From contig JAAILG010001860.1 of NCBI GenBank assembly GCA_012026655.1, positions 1 to 60,867 on the forward strand: a DNA stretch of 60,867 nucleotides. Reading direction: 5' to 3'. The position numbers were made by a program, and so were the translations under genes. The notes under the pieces are model-generated. The model did no database searches and was not told the DNA's origin. It was given only the letters and a program-made list of their open reading frames with translations. This document shows, in pieces, positions 50,660 through 60,867 of this stretch (position 1 is its first letter; each line of letters starts with the position of its first letter). The DNA comes from Hydrolagus affinis. Taxonomy: Eukaryota.

Positions 50660-51530
50660 CCTCACTGTTTACTACTTTGCATCATCTGCAAACTTGGAAA
50701 TTCTACTCCCTATACCTAGTCCAGATCATTTATATATACAGCAAAAGCCCGTTTATCAGGCACCTTCCAAAAAGTCGACTAATTGACTATGTCGGATAAT
50801 CAGACGGCAAGTTGCCAAAAACCCAACACAAAAAATTTACTTTTTTTTAAAGCATACCATATTAATAATATACTAAATAGTAACAGAATATTGTATGGAT
50901 ACTTACCAATAAAGATTCCAGCACACTCTGTAAAATGATCTGGTAAAAACCCAGAGTTTGCAATTTTAATAAATGCGCATGCACACACATTGTGTAAAGT
51001 GAGCACACAGTACTCATGATTGCTGGAATGGGGAATTGCCCCGGGAGGAGATCGCGCAATCCGGTTGATCGGGTCACGGATAAATAGGCTTTCCTGTATT
51101 AAGAAGAGTAGTGGTCCCAATACGAATCTCTGCGGGACACCACCACACACATTTCCAGTCAGGAAAACACCCATTCACCACAACTCTGCATTCTGTCTCC
51201 CAGCCAGTTCAGGATCCATGCTGCCACTGTCCCATTAATACCATGGTCATCTATTTTCCTTACAATTCTCTTATGTGGCACTTTGCCAAATGCCTTTTGA
51301 AGGTACATATAAGTTACATTAACTGCACTACTGTCACTCACCCTCCTTTACCTCATCAAAAAACATTATCAGGTTTGCTAGACAAGATTTGCCTTCAAGA
51401 AATCCATGCTGGCTGTCCTTTATTAACCCATATTTTTCTGAGTGAAGATTTATTTTGTCCTGGATTATATTCTCTAGAAGTTTCCCCACTACCGATATAA
51501 GGCTGACTGGCCTGTAGTTCCCAGATTTGA
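50660..51530 (-). mobile_element. CR1 RT fragment split by a MITE
   Basis: Minus strand: NYRPVSL, YMYLQKAFGKVPHKR, GVPQRFVLGPLLFLI, then the MITE, then YINDLD and SKFADD. Confidence 0.9.
50739..51096. mobile_element. Complete Tigger/pogo-type MITE inserted at a TA in CR1
   Basis: TIRs CAGCAAAAGCCCGTTTATC / GATAAATAGGCTTTCCTG with TA on both sides. Removing it rejoins the CR1 motif LFLI-YINDL. Confidence 0.9.
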
Positions 51531-51804
51531 TGAAGAAATCAGTTAAAAGATATAAGCAACAGAGCAGTGTAGGACTATTTTTTTGCCTCAGAATAGATCC
51601 AATGAACAGAATTATTATTTTCTGCTGCTAGATATGCCTTTGTTAATAACTACAGCATATTAACATATTTAGCACAATTGTACTAATTGGGTACACTCAT
51701 TCTCCACACCAGAATTCACATACAAGTTCTATAGGTATAATACAAAGGATTTTTGTGACCATTATCTTATAGTTAAGAATTCCTCAAGAAAAAAACAATA
51801 ATAA

Positions 51805-51965
51805 TATATTGGTCATTTCAATCCATGACTGTTTGTGGGACACTGCTGTGCGTAATTGGCTGCTGCATTTTGCCACAAAGTCAATTAACTTTACAGTATA
51901 ATCTGTGAATTACTTTGAGACATCTAGAAGACATGAAAAGCGCTATATCAAATGCAAGGGATATT
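51805..51965 (+). mobile_element. SINE 3' half abutting the connexin pseudogene
   Basis: TTGGTCATTTCAATCCATGACTGTTTGTGGGACACTGCTGTGCG...GAAAAGCGCTATATCAAATGCAAGGGATATT. Confidence 0.85.
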
Positions 51966-52603
51966 ATCTGGCTTTCCTTCATCTTCAGGATCATGATTCT
52001 TGTGGTAGCGGCAGAGAGTGTGCGGGGCAACGAGCAGTCGGAATTTGTGTGTAACTCTGCAACCTGGCTGCAACAACGTGTGCTATGATCACTACTTCTC
52101 CATCTCTCATATCAGGCTCTGGTGCTTCCAGCTGATCTTTCTGTTTCCACGTCTTCCCTGTTGGTCTCCTTGCATGTCACCTACAAACAGCAAGAAGAGA
52201 AGTAGGTGTTCCAGAAACGCCAGGCACCCTGTTGAGCAAGGATGATGCGGAGGCCCTGAAGAAACAGAAACTGCGAATCGTTGGTGCTTTCTGGTGGACC
52301 TACACTACTAGTATCTTCTTCCGGATTGCTTTTGAATGCGTGTTCACCTATATGTTATTCTTCCTCTACGGGGCATTTCAAATGGCTCACCTGGTTAAGT
52401 GCAGTTCCTCGCCTAATGTGGTGGACTGTTTCATTTTCAGGCCCAACGAGAAGATTGTGTTCATCATGTTCATGGTTATGGTGTCCGGGATCTGCATCCT
52501 ATTCAATGTGGCTGAGTTGCTTTATCTGCTGGCAAAGGCTTGCTCCATCGGGAAGCCGCATCACCCCAACCACATTGAATGCGTAATGCATATGTATGAT
52601 TGA
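51966..52603 (+). pseudogene. Beta-connexin (gap junction protein, GJB2/GJB6-like) pseudogene, 5'-truncated
   Basis: Stitched translation: [30 protein letters not shown] / [28 protein letters not shown] / [20 protein letters not shown] / KKQKLRIVGAFWWTYTTSIFFRIAFE..LVKCSSSPNVVDCFIFRPNEK..SGICILFNVAELLYL. Three frameshifts (~52057, ~52140, ~52230), in-frame TAG at 52203-52205, one EL2 cysteine lost, first ~22 codons absent. Confidence 0.93.
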
Positions 52604-54151
52604 GCCTACAATTTGAAAATAGGGTGGATTGTATTCTACCCACCATGCCCAGGTTTCATTACAACTGATCAGTAATCATTAACATACAATTGTATGTCAT
52701 TATGAGTAATCTTTAAGAAAATCCTGTTTGTAAAACGTACAACACTGGCTGGAAAAACAAAAAACAGTTTTTTCAAAAAGAATAGCACTCATAAATTTTA
52801 TTATTGCGGCATTTTTTCAAAAATGTAAATGAGGAAAACTTGTCTAAGGTTTTTCCCCAATGTAGGATTGTATCCTCATCCCTTGAAGCAGTATTTCAAA
52901 AACTATTTTGGTTACACCACTCTGATTCCCTTTAATCTAGTTTGTCAAGCCGCTCTGCAAAACAGTTTGTGTAGCAGGTGCAACAGTGGCCTGTCAGCAT
53001 AAGTCAGTGACCCTCGGGCAGCCTTTGAAATTAAGCCAGAGTACTCAGACTGGCCACAGTATAAACGATGACCCTGCCAGGGTAACTGGAAAAGATGCTA
53101 ATCAGTGGTAATGATAGCCAATGGACTTGCAACTGAGTGAATTGCAGATCTAAAAAATTAATTCTATGTAGCAAAGGTAAAAAAATTATTTTCTCTACTG
53201 AGTAGCAATAACTAAATTATCCATAATTAATGGATTGGGAAGGGGTAAGGTTGGAAGTGATGTTTGCAAACTTATTCCCCTTGAGCAAAGTTGCTCTCTA
53301 AAAATATTTCCTTTCTGAAAGCATCTGGCTACTGCAAAAACAACAAAATAAATTAGAGTATTACCTCTTAGAATATCCTAAATGGCAGTTTTCTATAACT
53401 TCATATATGAAATGCTTTTGCTTTTTAAATAATTAAAAGATACAATAAATAGTCACACAACGTAAGACAAAGTACAATGAAACAGTATTTTCTTAGACAG
53501 AATCACACCTTAAAATTGAGGCCCATTGCAAGCTACAGTGCTGTGTTTTCCCATAAAAAGTTATTAAACTTGGCAATTATTACCTGTGAAATGCTTGAGA
53601 TTTTGACGTGGCAAGACATTATAACAGTGCATGTTCTTTCTTCTGCTCATACCGATTCAAAGTAAGAAAGCAGATTGATGTCAAAGACACTCTTATTGGT
53701 GGCTGAGGCACATTTACAAAACTAAACTCACATGCAAAGTTCATTTGTAACAGGAAGTTGAAATTGAGTCAACCATCAGAGATGTTCTCAGAAATCCAAT
53801 TCCTGAACTACTCTATTCCAAGGCACTACAGATGACTGACCAACCAGTGTGGATCACTGACATGGCTTGAGGGATAGACGCCATTTGGAGCAAGGATTCT
53901 TCCCACTGTGCTCTCGTTAACCATGAAAGCCAGATTATTAATGTAATCTAGCTTGCCAACAGTGGGAAGCTCGCCATATGTTTAATGGCAAGCTGTACAG
54001 CTTTTTCTAGTTTTACATCAGCAGTACCTCGACTTTTACCAACTGATTCGTTCTTTTATTGCCTAATATTCTCTGCAATTAGGTATGCAGGGCAAGTCTC
54101 TTCAGGGACTGTTGTTGCATACAAAGGGAAATTCAACAAAAATGCGTCAGA

Positions 54152-54306
54152 ATTGAGGAAGGGTCGTGGACCCAAAATGTTGACTCACTTTTCCTTTCTC
54201 CATGTATCACTTTTCCTTTCTCCAGCTGCCTGACCTGCTGAGTGTTCCCAGCGATTTTTGTTTGTGTTTCAGATTTCCAGCATCAGCCATATTTTATGGT
54301 TTTGTA
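54152..54306 (+). mobile_element. Penelope-derived terminal repeat with degenerate hammerhead motif
   Basis: TGAGGAAGGGTCGTGGACCCAAAATGTTGACTC, then CTGCCTGACCTGCTGAGTGTTCCCAGCGATTT..AGATTTCCAGCATC, homologous to 58427-58529. Confidence 0.7.
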
Positions 54307-56569
54307 TCCCTTGCAATCTACATTTTTAGTTTTCTATCTACAAGTAAATTGTTAAATTAATTCATGCAATATACCTTTCAGGACAAAATAACTTTACATA
54401 GTCATTCTTTCCAATCTCTCAAGATGACTGACACATCTCTAGCCAATAAGATTCACTTGACTTTCATTCACCCAGTCCCCTCTATTTTGCTATAGATGCT
54501 AATCATGATGTTTTGATCCAATTTTTATGGATCAGAATTTAGTCCACATGATAACTATGGATAATATGTAGGCTCACAGGTGAAATTCACTACCAACAGA
54601 GAATTTGTACAACAGAAGAATGGTAAAACTATTTATTTAGTCCCATACCCCTGCTTTTTCACTGTACTTTTTAGTAATATTTTTCTTTTTCAGATACTTC
54701 TGTAATTCAGATGTTTGTCAAATTATTTGTTGCTTCAGGTTATTATTAATTCAGGAAAACTGTTTTTATTATAAAAGGTGTAGACATTCTCTACAAAGTC
54801 TGTGCAGGTTTACCATACTGAAGGCAGTAATTGCTTCCTACATCTTTGTTATAAGATTCATTGTCCTTCAAAACCAGAGCAATTTTGAGCTTTAATTAAA
54901 TTTGTTGTTGTCTATTCTTATTAAAAGCAACCACCATGTTTTAATTAATGTAGTCTTTATTGGTTAGCCATCAACCCATTCTTATTTTAAATTAACTGGC
55001 AGCATTTTAAAATGATATATGAATGTGACATATTCTCACAATAAAGTTGGTCAGGTAATAAATCTTTACATTTAAGATGACCTTGATGCTTCTGTTAAAA
55101 AAAGGCAAATAGTAAAATTAAATTAAAGCAATTACTTAGGACTCATCAGAAATTTAAGAAGCATGTGAGTCTAAGGATATAAACCCAGATGTATCTGGGA
55201 AGCAAAATTTTAAAAAAGGTAAAGCTGGGTTAAAAGTCTGCTGGCCTTTAGTTCGGTAAATGCTTACTAAGTAAGAAGGAAAAATCTGTCAAAAGAATAT
55301 TTTTGTATTAATAATGTTATTAGTACCCTGTGCATTTACTCAATAAATCATTAAAATGTTTTGGGGGGGGGTTGGGGCCGCGGTGTGGGGAGCGAAAAGG
55401 CTGATATCGTTTGCAGGTAAAATAAATAAATTCTGTATAACAAAACCTGACTGTGTTACATTACAAAGATATCAATGTTAGCTCTAGCCATAAGGTCAAG
55501 TGCCCAACAAACATTTAAACTTGACATTCTAATTGGAGATCATTCAAACAATGAAATTGAACAGAATGTCAGTTGGAATTAAAGTAAAGATGACCACAGA
55601 ATTGATCTGTTATCAATAGATATCTGTACCACATTTAATAAATACTATGGTATGTTTGCAAAGCATACTAAATGTCACTTTTTGCTTTTCTACATATGCA
55701 GCAAATGGGAAGGTACATGATAATGTTCCTAAAGTACATGTATTTAAACTGTAAATAGGGCCAGTGTGATAAACGGAATGGATTCTCCTAATCTTTCTTT
55801 CCCATTAAGTGCTCTGAGAGGCTACTCGTGAAACGGGCGCTATACAAATGCAAGTTTTTAGCTAAACATATCATCTGTATTGACGGTAGCTTGCTTCGAA
55901 TTACTGATTCTATTAAAAGATACACAAAGACACCTTCACTTTAATACAGAACAGCGATTAGAGTCATAGTTATAGTTGCAGCAGCTATATGTTCTACATC
56001 TGTAAAATAATGGCCTCATATATTATACTTGTTAACAATAATGTGGCAATATTTCACTGACCTCTCTGTTGAGTATTTCCACACGTTCATCAATTAACAC
56101 TTGACATACTAAAAATTGCTTTCTCTATATTAAAGACAACGTCTGACCACGTTATTTAAAACTCTATTCTTACAATAGTTAGCTCTACCATTTTAAGGAG
56201 AAAGCATAATCTATTGATTTGGCCTGTAATCAGAAATGATATACAGTACTGGTAAGTTTTACATTTTGTAACTACTGGTCGGAGACAGTGTGGAAGCAGA
56301 TAGGCTCAGAATGGTATTAAGCTTTAGAGCAACCCGATTTATCACATGTTCTTCTCTTATTGAAGATTAGACAATTTTCCTGCCAAAGTGGCAGATTGAA
56401 ATGCTTACATACAAATCATGCGAATAAACAATGAGATGTCCCAGCACCTCTGAAAAATGTGACCAGCCATTTCTTATCCACATCTAATGATTTAGAAGAT
56501 ATCTAGAAGACGTGAAAAGCACTACACAAAAATGCAATGATTATTATTTCTACTTTCTGTCCTTCAGCC

Positions 56570-56865
56570 CCGCAGCCCACCATTATCTTTACCATTAATA
56601 CTACTTATGTGGCACTGTATCAAATATTTTTTGAAAGCCTGTGAATAGAACATTCAATGCGTTCTCTTTATCTATATGATTGTTCATTTTCTTGACATAC
56701 TTGACCAAACTGGGGAATCAGAACCTAGCCGTTATAAATCCATGCCAAACGTCACTCACACAGTCATGGCTTTCCATGTTTTCACTAATATTATCCCTCA
56801 TTAGAGTCTCTAGAAATGTACCACCCTACTGATCAAAGAATTGAGTGATCTGTAGTTATCTGGCG
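56570..56865 (-). mobile_element. Degraded CR1 RT fragment
   Basis: Minus strand gives NYRSL, HGFITARF..PQF and FQKIFDTVPHK. Confidence 0.6.
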
Positions 56866-57666
56866 CCTCTTTATTTCCAGAATGCACTTAAGAAATTTCA
56901 GAGTTTAAACATCTGAGAAATCTTCCCTCTGGATAGTCACCTCAGATTATTCATGTCTCTCAAATGATTCATTAAAACTGTAGAGTGCTCATGTCAGTGT
57001 GATATGTATATGGTAGTTGGAAAGAATAGACTTTATAGAACTATGCATAATAGAGATGAATATTCCCTCCACCCCTCCACACACACAAGCACAACGTCTA
57101 TCTCACATCCCCAAATGGCAAAAATGTAAATATTTCTAAGATTTCTTGTCAAAATGACTTATATTTGCTATTAGTGCTATTTTGTCTAATTTTGTTTGTG
57201 TTTTATTTATAAGCTATTTCCATGGTTACGCAGCACCACTTGCAATTTATGAGAATTAATAGGCCTACATTATTCTGACTGAATGGCTTCACCATAAATC
57301 ATTGTTGAAGCACTCTGAGATGCCACCTGACGTGTAGGCCACAAGTTGCTGTCATTGTTGTTGCCATTAATTTCTTAAAGTAAGATTTACATTGTGGTAA
57401 TGAAAAGCAATGAAACATGAAAACAGAATCATTCTGTAAAAGGTCACTATCTTTATTCCTGTAAAACCCATGTAAGCATTTTGAAATCAATGTAACACTA
57501 CAACCTACAGCAGAGATACAATCCAATATCACTTTAGCACCCTAGAAATGTTGAGTTTCAATACTCTTTGAGACAGGGACTCTCTAGATGGATTAGCAGG
57601 CTGTAACAATGGTTTTTCTCATATTGTTTATCCCTAATTTATGCCTTGCTCTTTATTCTCTTCCAG

Positions 57667-57762
57667 GAAAGCATGTCATTTAGTGACAATCTCCCTATGC
57701 TGCGTCTGACACCAACTTGCACTGTTGTGCAGTTGCCAGGAGCCTCCAATGCATTAATTAAG
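57667..57762 (+). other. Candidate 96-nt exon, gene unassigned (ESMSFSDNLPMLRLTPTCTVVQLPGASNALIK)
   Basis: Strong acceptor ccttgctctttattctcttccag| with upstream CTAAT, weak donor AAG|gtacaa. One open frame, phase 0-0. Confidence 0.2.
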
Positions 57763-58344
57763 GTACAATATGTTGGTTTTCCTCATGGTAGGGCAAATCA
57801 ATTAGAAGCTCAACTAAGAATTGACAAACCCCATCACACATACATGTATTAGCTGACAATGAGATTTCAACATCTAACCATACTCAGCATCGTAACTATG
57901 ACACTGCTGAGATGTTTGAAGAGATTTCAGAATTTGAGGGTCTTCACAAGATCCCCTCACATACAGCTGAGAAAGTTGATAATGTGTTTATCATGAGTTA
58001 TTTATGCCATAAAAAATTCATAAGCACAATATACCAAAAACATCAACATGTCACAGATGTGGAAATTTAAACCTAATACTGTACTATCAGATATAGGCAA
58101 CTAAAAATCTTAATAGTCATCAATAAGCAATTTAATTATAATTGTAAATTCTCCATGAATTCTCCTTTATTCCCAAAACCCCAAATCACAAATTTATTTT
58201 CCTTTTTAAAATAAACAACTTCCTTCTGTAAGACACGTATTGGTGCAAACAAAATGGGCAAATTGCCAGCACTCTGATCAAAAAGATTTGCAGAAACTTC
58301 TTTGTTCTATTAAATAGCATAGTGTGTGCAATAATATCCTAAGT

Positions 58345-58526
58345 AAAAATGCAAAATACTGTACTGCAGATGCTGGAAATTTGAAACAAAAACAGAAATC
58401 TCTGGGAACATTCAGCGGGTCGGGTTCTGACGAAGGTTGTGGACCCGAAACGATGACTCACTTTCTTTTCTCCATAAATGTTGCCTGACCTGCTGAGTGT
58501 TCCCAGCGATTTCTGTTTTTGTTTCA
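58345..58526. mobile_element. Short Penelope-derived insertion with inverted arms
   Basis: 12-bp TSD AATATCCTAAGT (58333-58344, 58527-58538). Near-perfect inverted arms 58379-58424 and 58484-58529. Confidence 0.85.
58422..58459 (+). ncRNA. Minimal type I hammerhead ribozyme motif (Penelope-type), mutated at the cleavage triplet
   Basis: GGGUU-CUGACGA-A-GGUU-GUG-GACC-C-GAAA-CG-AU-GACUC: both core boxes present, stem I GGGUU/GACUC, stem II GGUU/GACC. The sister copy near 59135 keeps GAAACGUU. Confidence 0.65.
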
Positions 58527-58863
58527 AATATCCTAAGTGAGCTCAATTGTACACTTGCAAAACATGTATTGAGGAATCAATGGAAAACAAATAATGAAAG
58601 CAAGAAACTTAATTTTGATTTGGTTCTGAATAGCTGATTCAATTTACTTGCTCAAGATTAATTAAAGATACAATTTTATCAACATTTATGCTGCAGTTTC
58701 TAGTCCTACTTTGACAGTCAATGCACTTGGCAAGAGAACAAGAGATTGAACGTTAGGTATGTCCTCCCGAAGCGAAAGGCACTATACAAATGTATTTTTT
58801 TGCTGTTGTTGAGGGTAGATAAGGATTACCATTGCTTGAGGATAAAACGATAGATTCAGTTAA

Positions 58864-59192
58864 CAAAATTGCAAAATACTGCAGATGGTGGAAATCTGAA
58901 AAAAAAACATAAGTTGCTGGGAAAACTCAGCAGGTCAGGCAGCATCTATGGAGAAAGGAAAAGTGAGTCAATGTTTCAGGTCCAAGACACTTTTTTAGAA
59001 GTGGGGTATGTTGGGAGGGTTTTGAGGATTAACAGAGGGGGAGAGGCAGGGCAAGGAAGACAATGGAGAAAATGGGACAGAGGGCAGGAGATCATGGGTT
59101 AAAGAGGTGTCAATGTTGTGAAATGTTGGACCCGAAACGTTGACTCACTTTTCCTTTGTCCGTAGATGCTGCATGACCTGCTGAGTTTTCCC
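58864..59192. mobile_element. Second Penelope-derived insertion with inverted arms
   Basis: 12-bp TSD AGATTCAGTTAA (58852-58863, 59193-59204). Arm ~58917-58985 is the reverse complement of ~59127-59194. Confidence 0.85.
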
Positions 59193-59536
59193 AGATTCAG
59201 TTAAGAAATAGGTTTATATTGCACTGAGAAGATAGGAAAATAAGAAATCTAGAAGGAATATGACCAAGCGTTTTTTTTCGATCTTATTCAATTCAATCCC
59301 TTCTTTAATTCAATTCATGCACTATTTATTTTAGATTCAGCCTACAAGCTGGATGTGAGATGGTGTCTCGCAATCACTGCAGCTTCTGTAGTGTATAGAA
59401 TATATAATTTATATATCAAACTGGTTTAAACAAGACTTCTTGTACATGAATTACCAAACCATTGAAAGTAGTCAGGTCACTTTGATCAAGTCAATGTAAT
59501 TTCAGTCTTGGCTTATTGTTCAAACCATCTGATAAA

Positions 59537-59876
59537 TAAATAATAAATATCCTTGGATTTGATATAGCGCTTTTCACATCTTATCGACGTCTCAAAGCGC
59601 TTCACAGAATATACTGTGAAGTGAATTGACTGAATATTTGTGGGCGAATCGCGGCAGCCAATTGCACACAGCAGTGTCCCACAAACAGTCGTGGATTGAA
59701 ATGACCAATTTTATTATTGTGTTTTTTTTTTGGGAGGGATTATTATTAGGTATGTGGAGTAAGGAAACTTTCCCAAGGTTTCGCCCTGACCTGCCTTAAT
59801 TTGAACACAGGTCTCCCCAGGTTTGTCTCCCCAGCTTGCAAGACAAGTGCTTTAACCACTAAGCCACAGGAGCTCC
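59537..59876 (-). mobile_element. Full-length tRNA-derived SINE with L2-type tail
   Basis: Minus strand GGAGCTCCTGTGGCTTAGTGGTTAAAGCACTTG..GTGTTCAAATT; tail GCGCTTTGAGACGTC..GTGAAAAGCGCTATATCAAAT. Small internal duplication GTCTCCCCAG x2. Confidence 0.85.
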
Positions 59877-60322
59877 ACATCTCAGATGTCACTTGTCTTT
59901 CTTCATCCGAACATGCTGTTGAACATCAGATGTCAATCTATTTAAAATACAAACATCCCAACGGAACCTTTTCCTATAAGAATGCACTTAGTTGCCTTGA
60001 ATGGTTAAAAGAACATGACTGATAGATTCAAGAGACTATTAGTCTCTTTCCTGTATACATTTCCCTTAGGTTCTCCAACTAACTTTACTTACTTCGATTG
60101 AATGTTATATAAGGATGACCTATATATGACCTATAGGAAGATCAAATGAATGCTTTACAGAATTTACAGTCAAATTGTTTTGTCTTGATTCACTAGTTTC
60201 AAAGCTTCTGAATATTAATTTTTAATGTCCCATCAGGCAAAATATCTCAGTATAGAATAACATTGATACATTTCAAAAGAAGAAAAAAAGTCTTTATACA
60301 ATATTTTGATTGAAGTACAATA

Positions 60323-60580
60323 CAGGTACCCCGCCCCCAACCACGGCCTCATTAACTGCGAAACTCACGCATCCATGGTTTGCTAAATGCAACAACCCTT
60401 GCAAACCACGGGTTTTAACACTAACACCAGCGTTTAGCGCTAAGACCCAGTTGCATCAACCAGCCTCGATGTCGCTTCTCGCTAGTTTATAGCACTAGGA
60501 CCCAGTTGCGATGTTGCAATCAACCAGCGACAACGCTTCTCTTTTAGGATTAAGGTAGATAACATAAATTTATTGTCGCA
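60323..60580. mobile_element. Left end of a Tigger/pogo-like DNA element (other end not in window)
   Basis: TA|CAGGTACCCCGCC start resembles the 13739 terminus; AACCACGG subterminal repeats; CpG-rich. Confidence 0.5.
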
Positions 60581-60584
60581 TCTC

Positions 60585-60867
60585 TGCATCCTTCTCTCTC
60601 TGTGTGTAAGCGTATCTCTCTCTGACTCACCTTCTCCCGATTTCACCTTCTCTTCCCCCCACCCCCCTCCCCCACCCCCACTTCTCTCTCTCACCTTCTC
60701 TCTCTGACTCACCTTCTCTTCTCCCCCATCCCCCACCCCCACCCCTACTTCTTTCTCTCACCTTCTCTCTATTTCATTTTCTCTTCCCCCCACCTCCCCC
60801 CTCACCCACCCTCCCTTCTCTCTCTCACTTTCTCTCTCTCACCTTCTCTTCCCCCCACCCTCCCCCT
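60585..60867. repeat. Polypyrimidine minisatellite-like tract (CTCACCTTCTCT / CCCCCCACCC units)
   Basis: Almost entirely C/T, with repeated CTCACCTTCTCT and C-runs, continuing past the window end. Confidence 0.85.

Noticed and set aside
52232-52603. 123-aa ORF as a functional short connexin
   Set aside because: It starts at a TTG, lacks TM1-TM2 in frame and an EL2 cysteine, and the upstream part is frameshifted with a stop.

Overview
This is AT-rich, repeat-dense vertebrate DNA, either intergenic or from a large intron. It is most likely from a cartilaginous fish, probably a chimaera. That is inferred from the repeat mix, judged from memory: L2 and CR1 LINE relics, tRNA-derived SINEs with L2 tails, Deu-domain and AmnSINE2-like SINEs, and the shark-type Penelope-derived repeat. 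No intact protein-coding gene can be supported, and almost all ORF-track hits are LINE fragments or noise. The only recognisable cellular gene is a disrupted, 5'-truncated beta-connexin (GJB2/GJB6-like) pseudogene at 51966-52603. Several non-autonomous DNA transposons have readable TIRs and TSDs (Tigger/pogo-type, hAT-type, CACTA/EnSpm-type). Best second-look items: (1) short Penelope-derived insertions with 12-bp TSDs and inverted arms, one enclosing a minimal type I hammerhead ribozyme motif (58345-59192); (2) a ~105-bp piece of local DNA copied 1.87 kb away and fused to an L2 3' tail, a candidate template switch; (3) an unclassified repeat present four times in one orientation; (4) a compact AP-1/RUNX/ETS/EICE/E-box/GATA motif cluster; (5) a long inverted MITE pair; (6) a few unassigned exon-like segments. 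Repeat family names come from recognition, not database searches, and many repeat boundaries are approximate.
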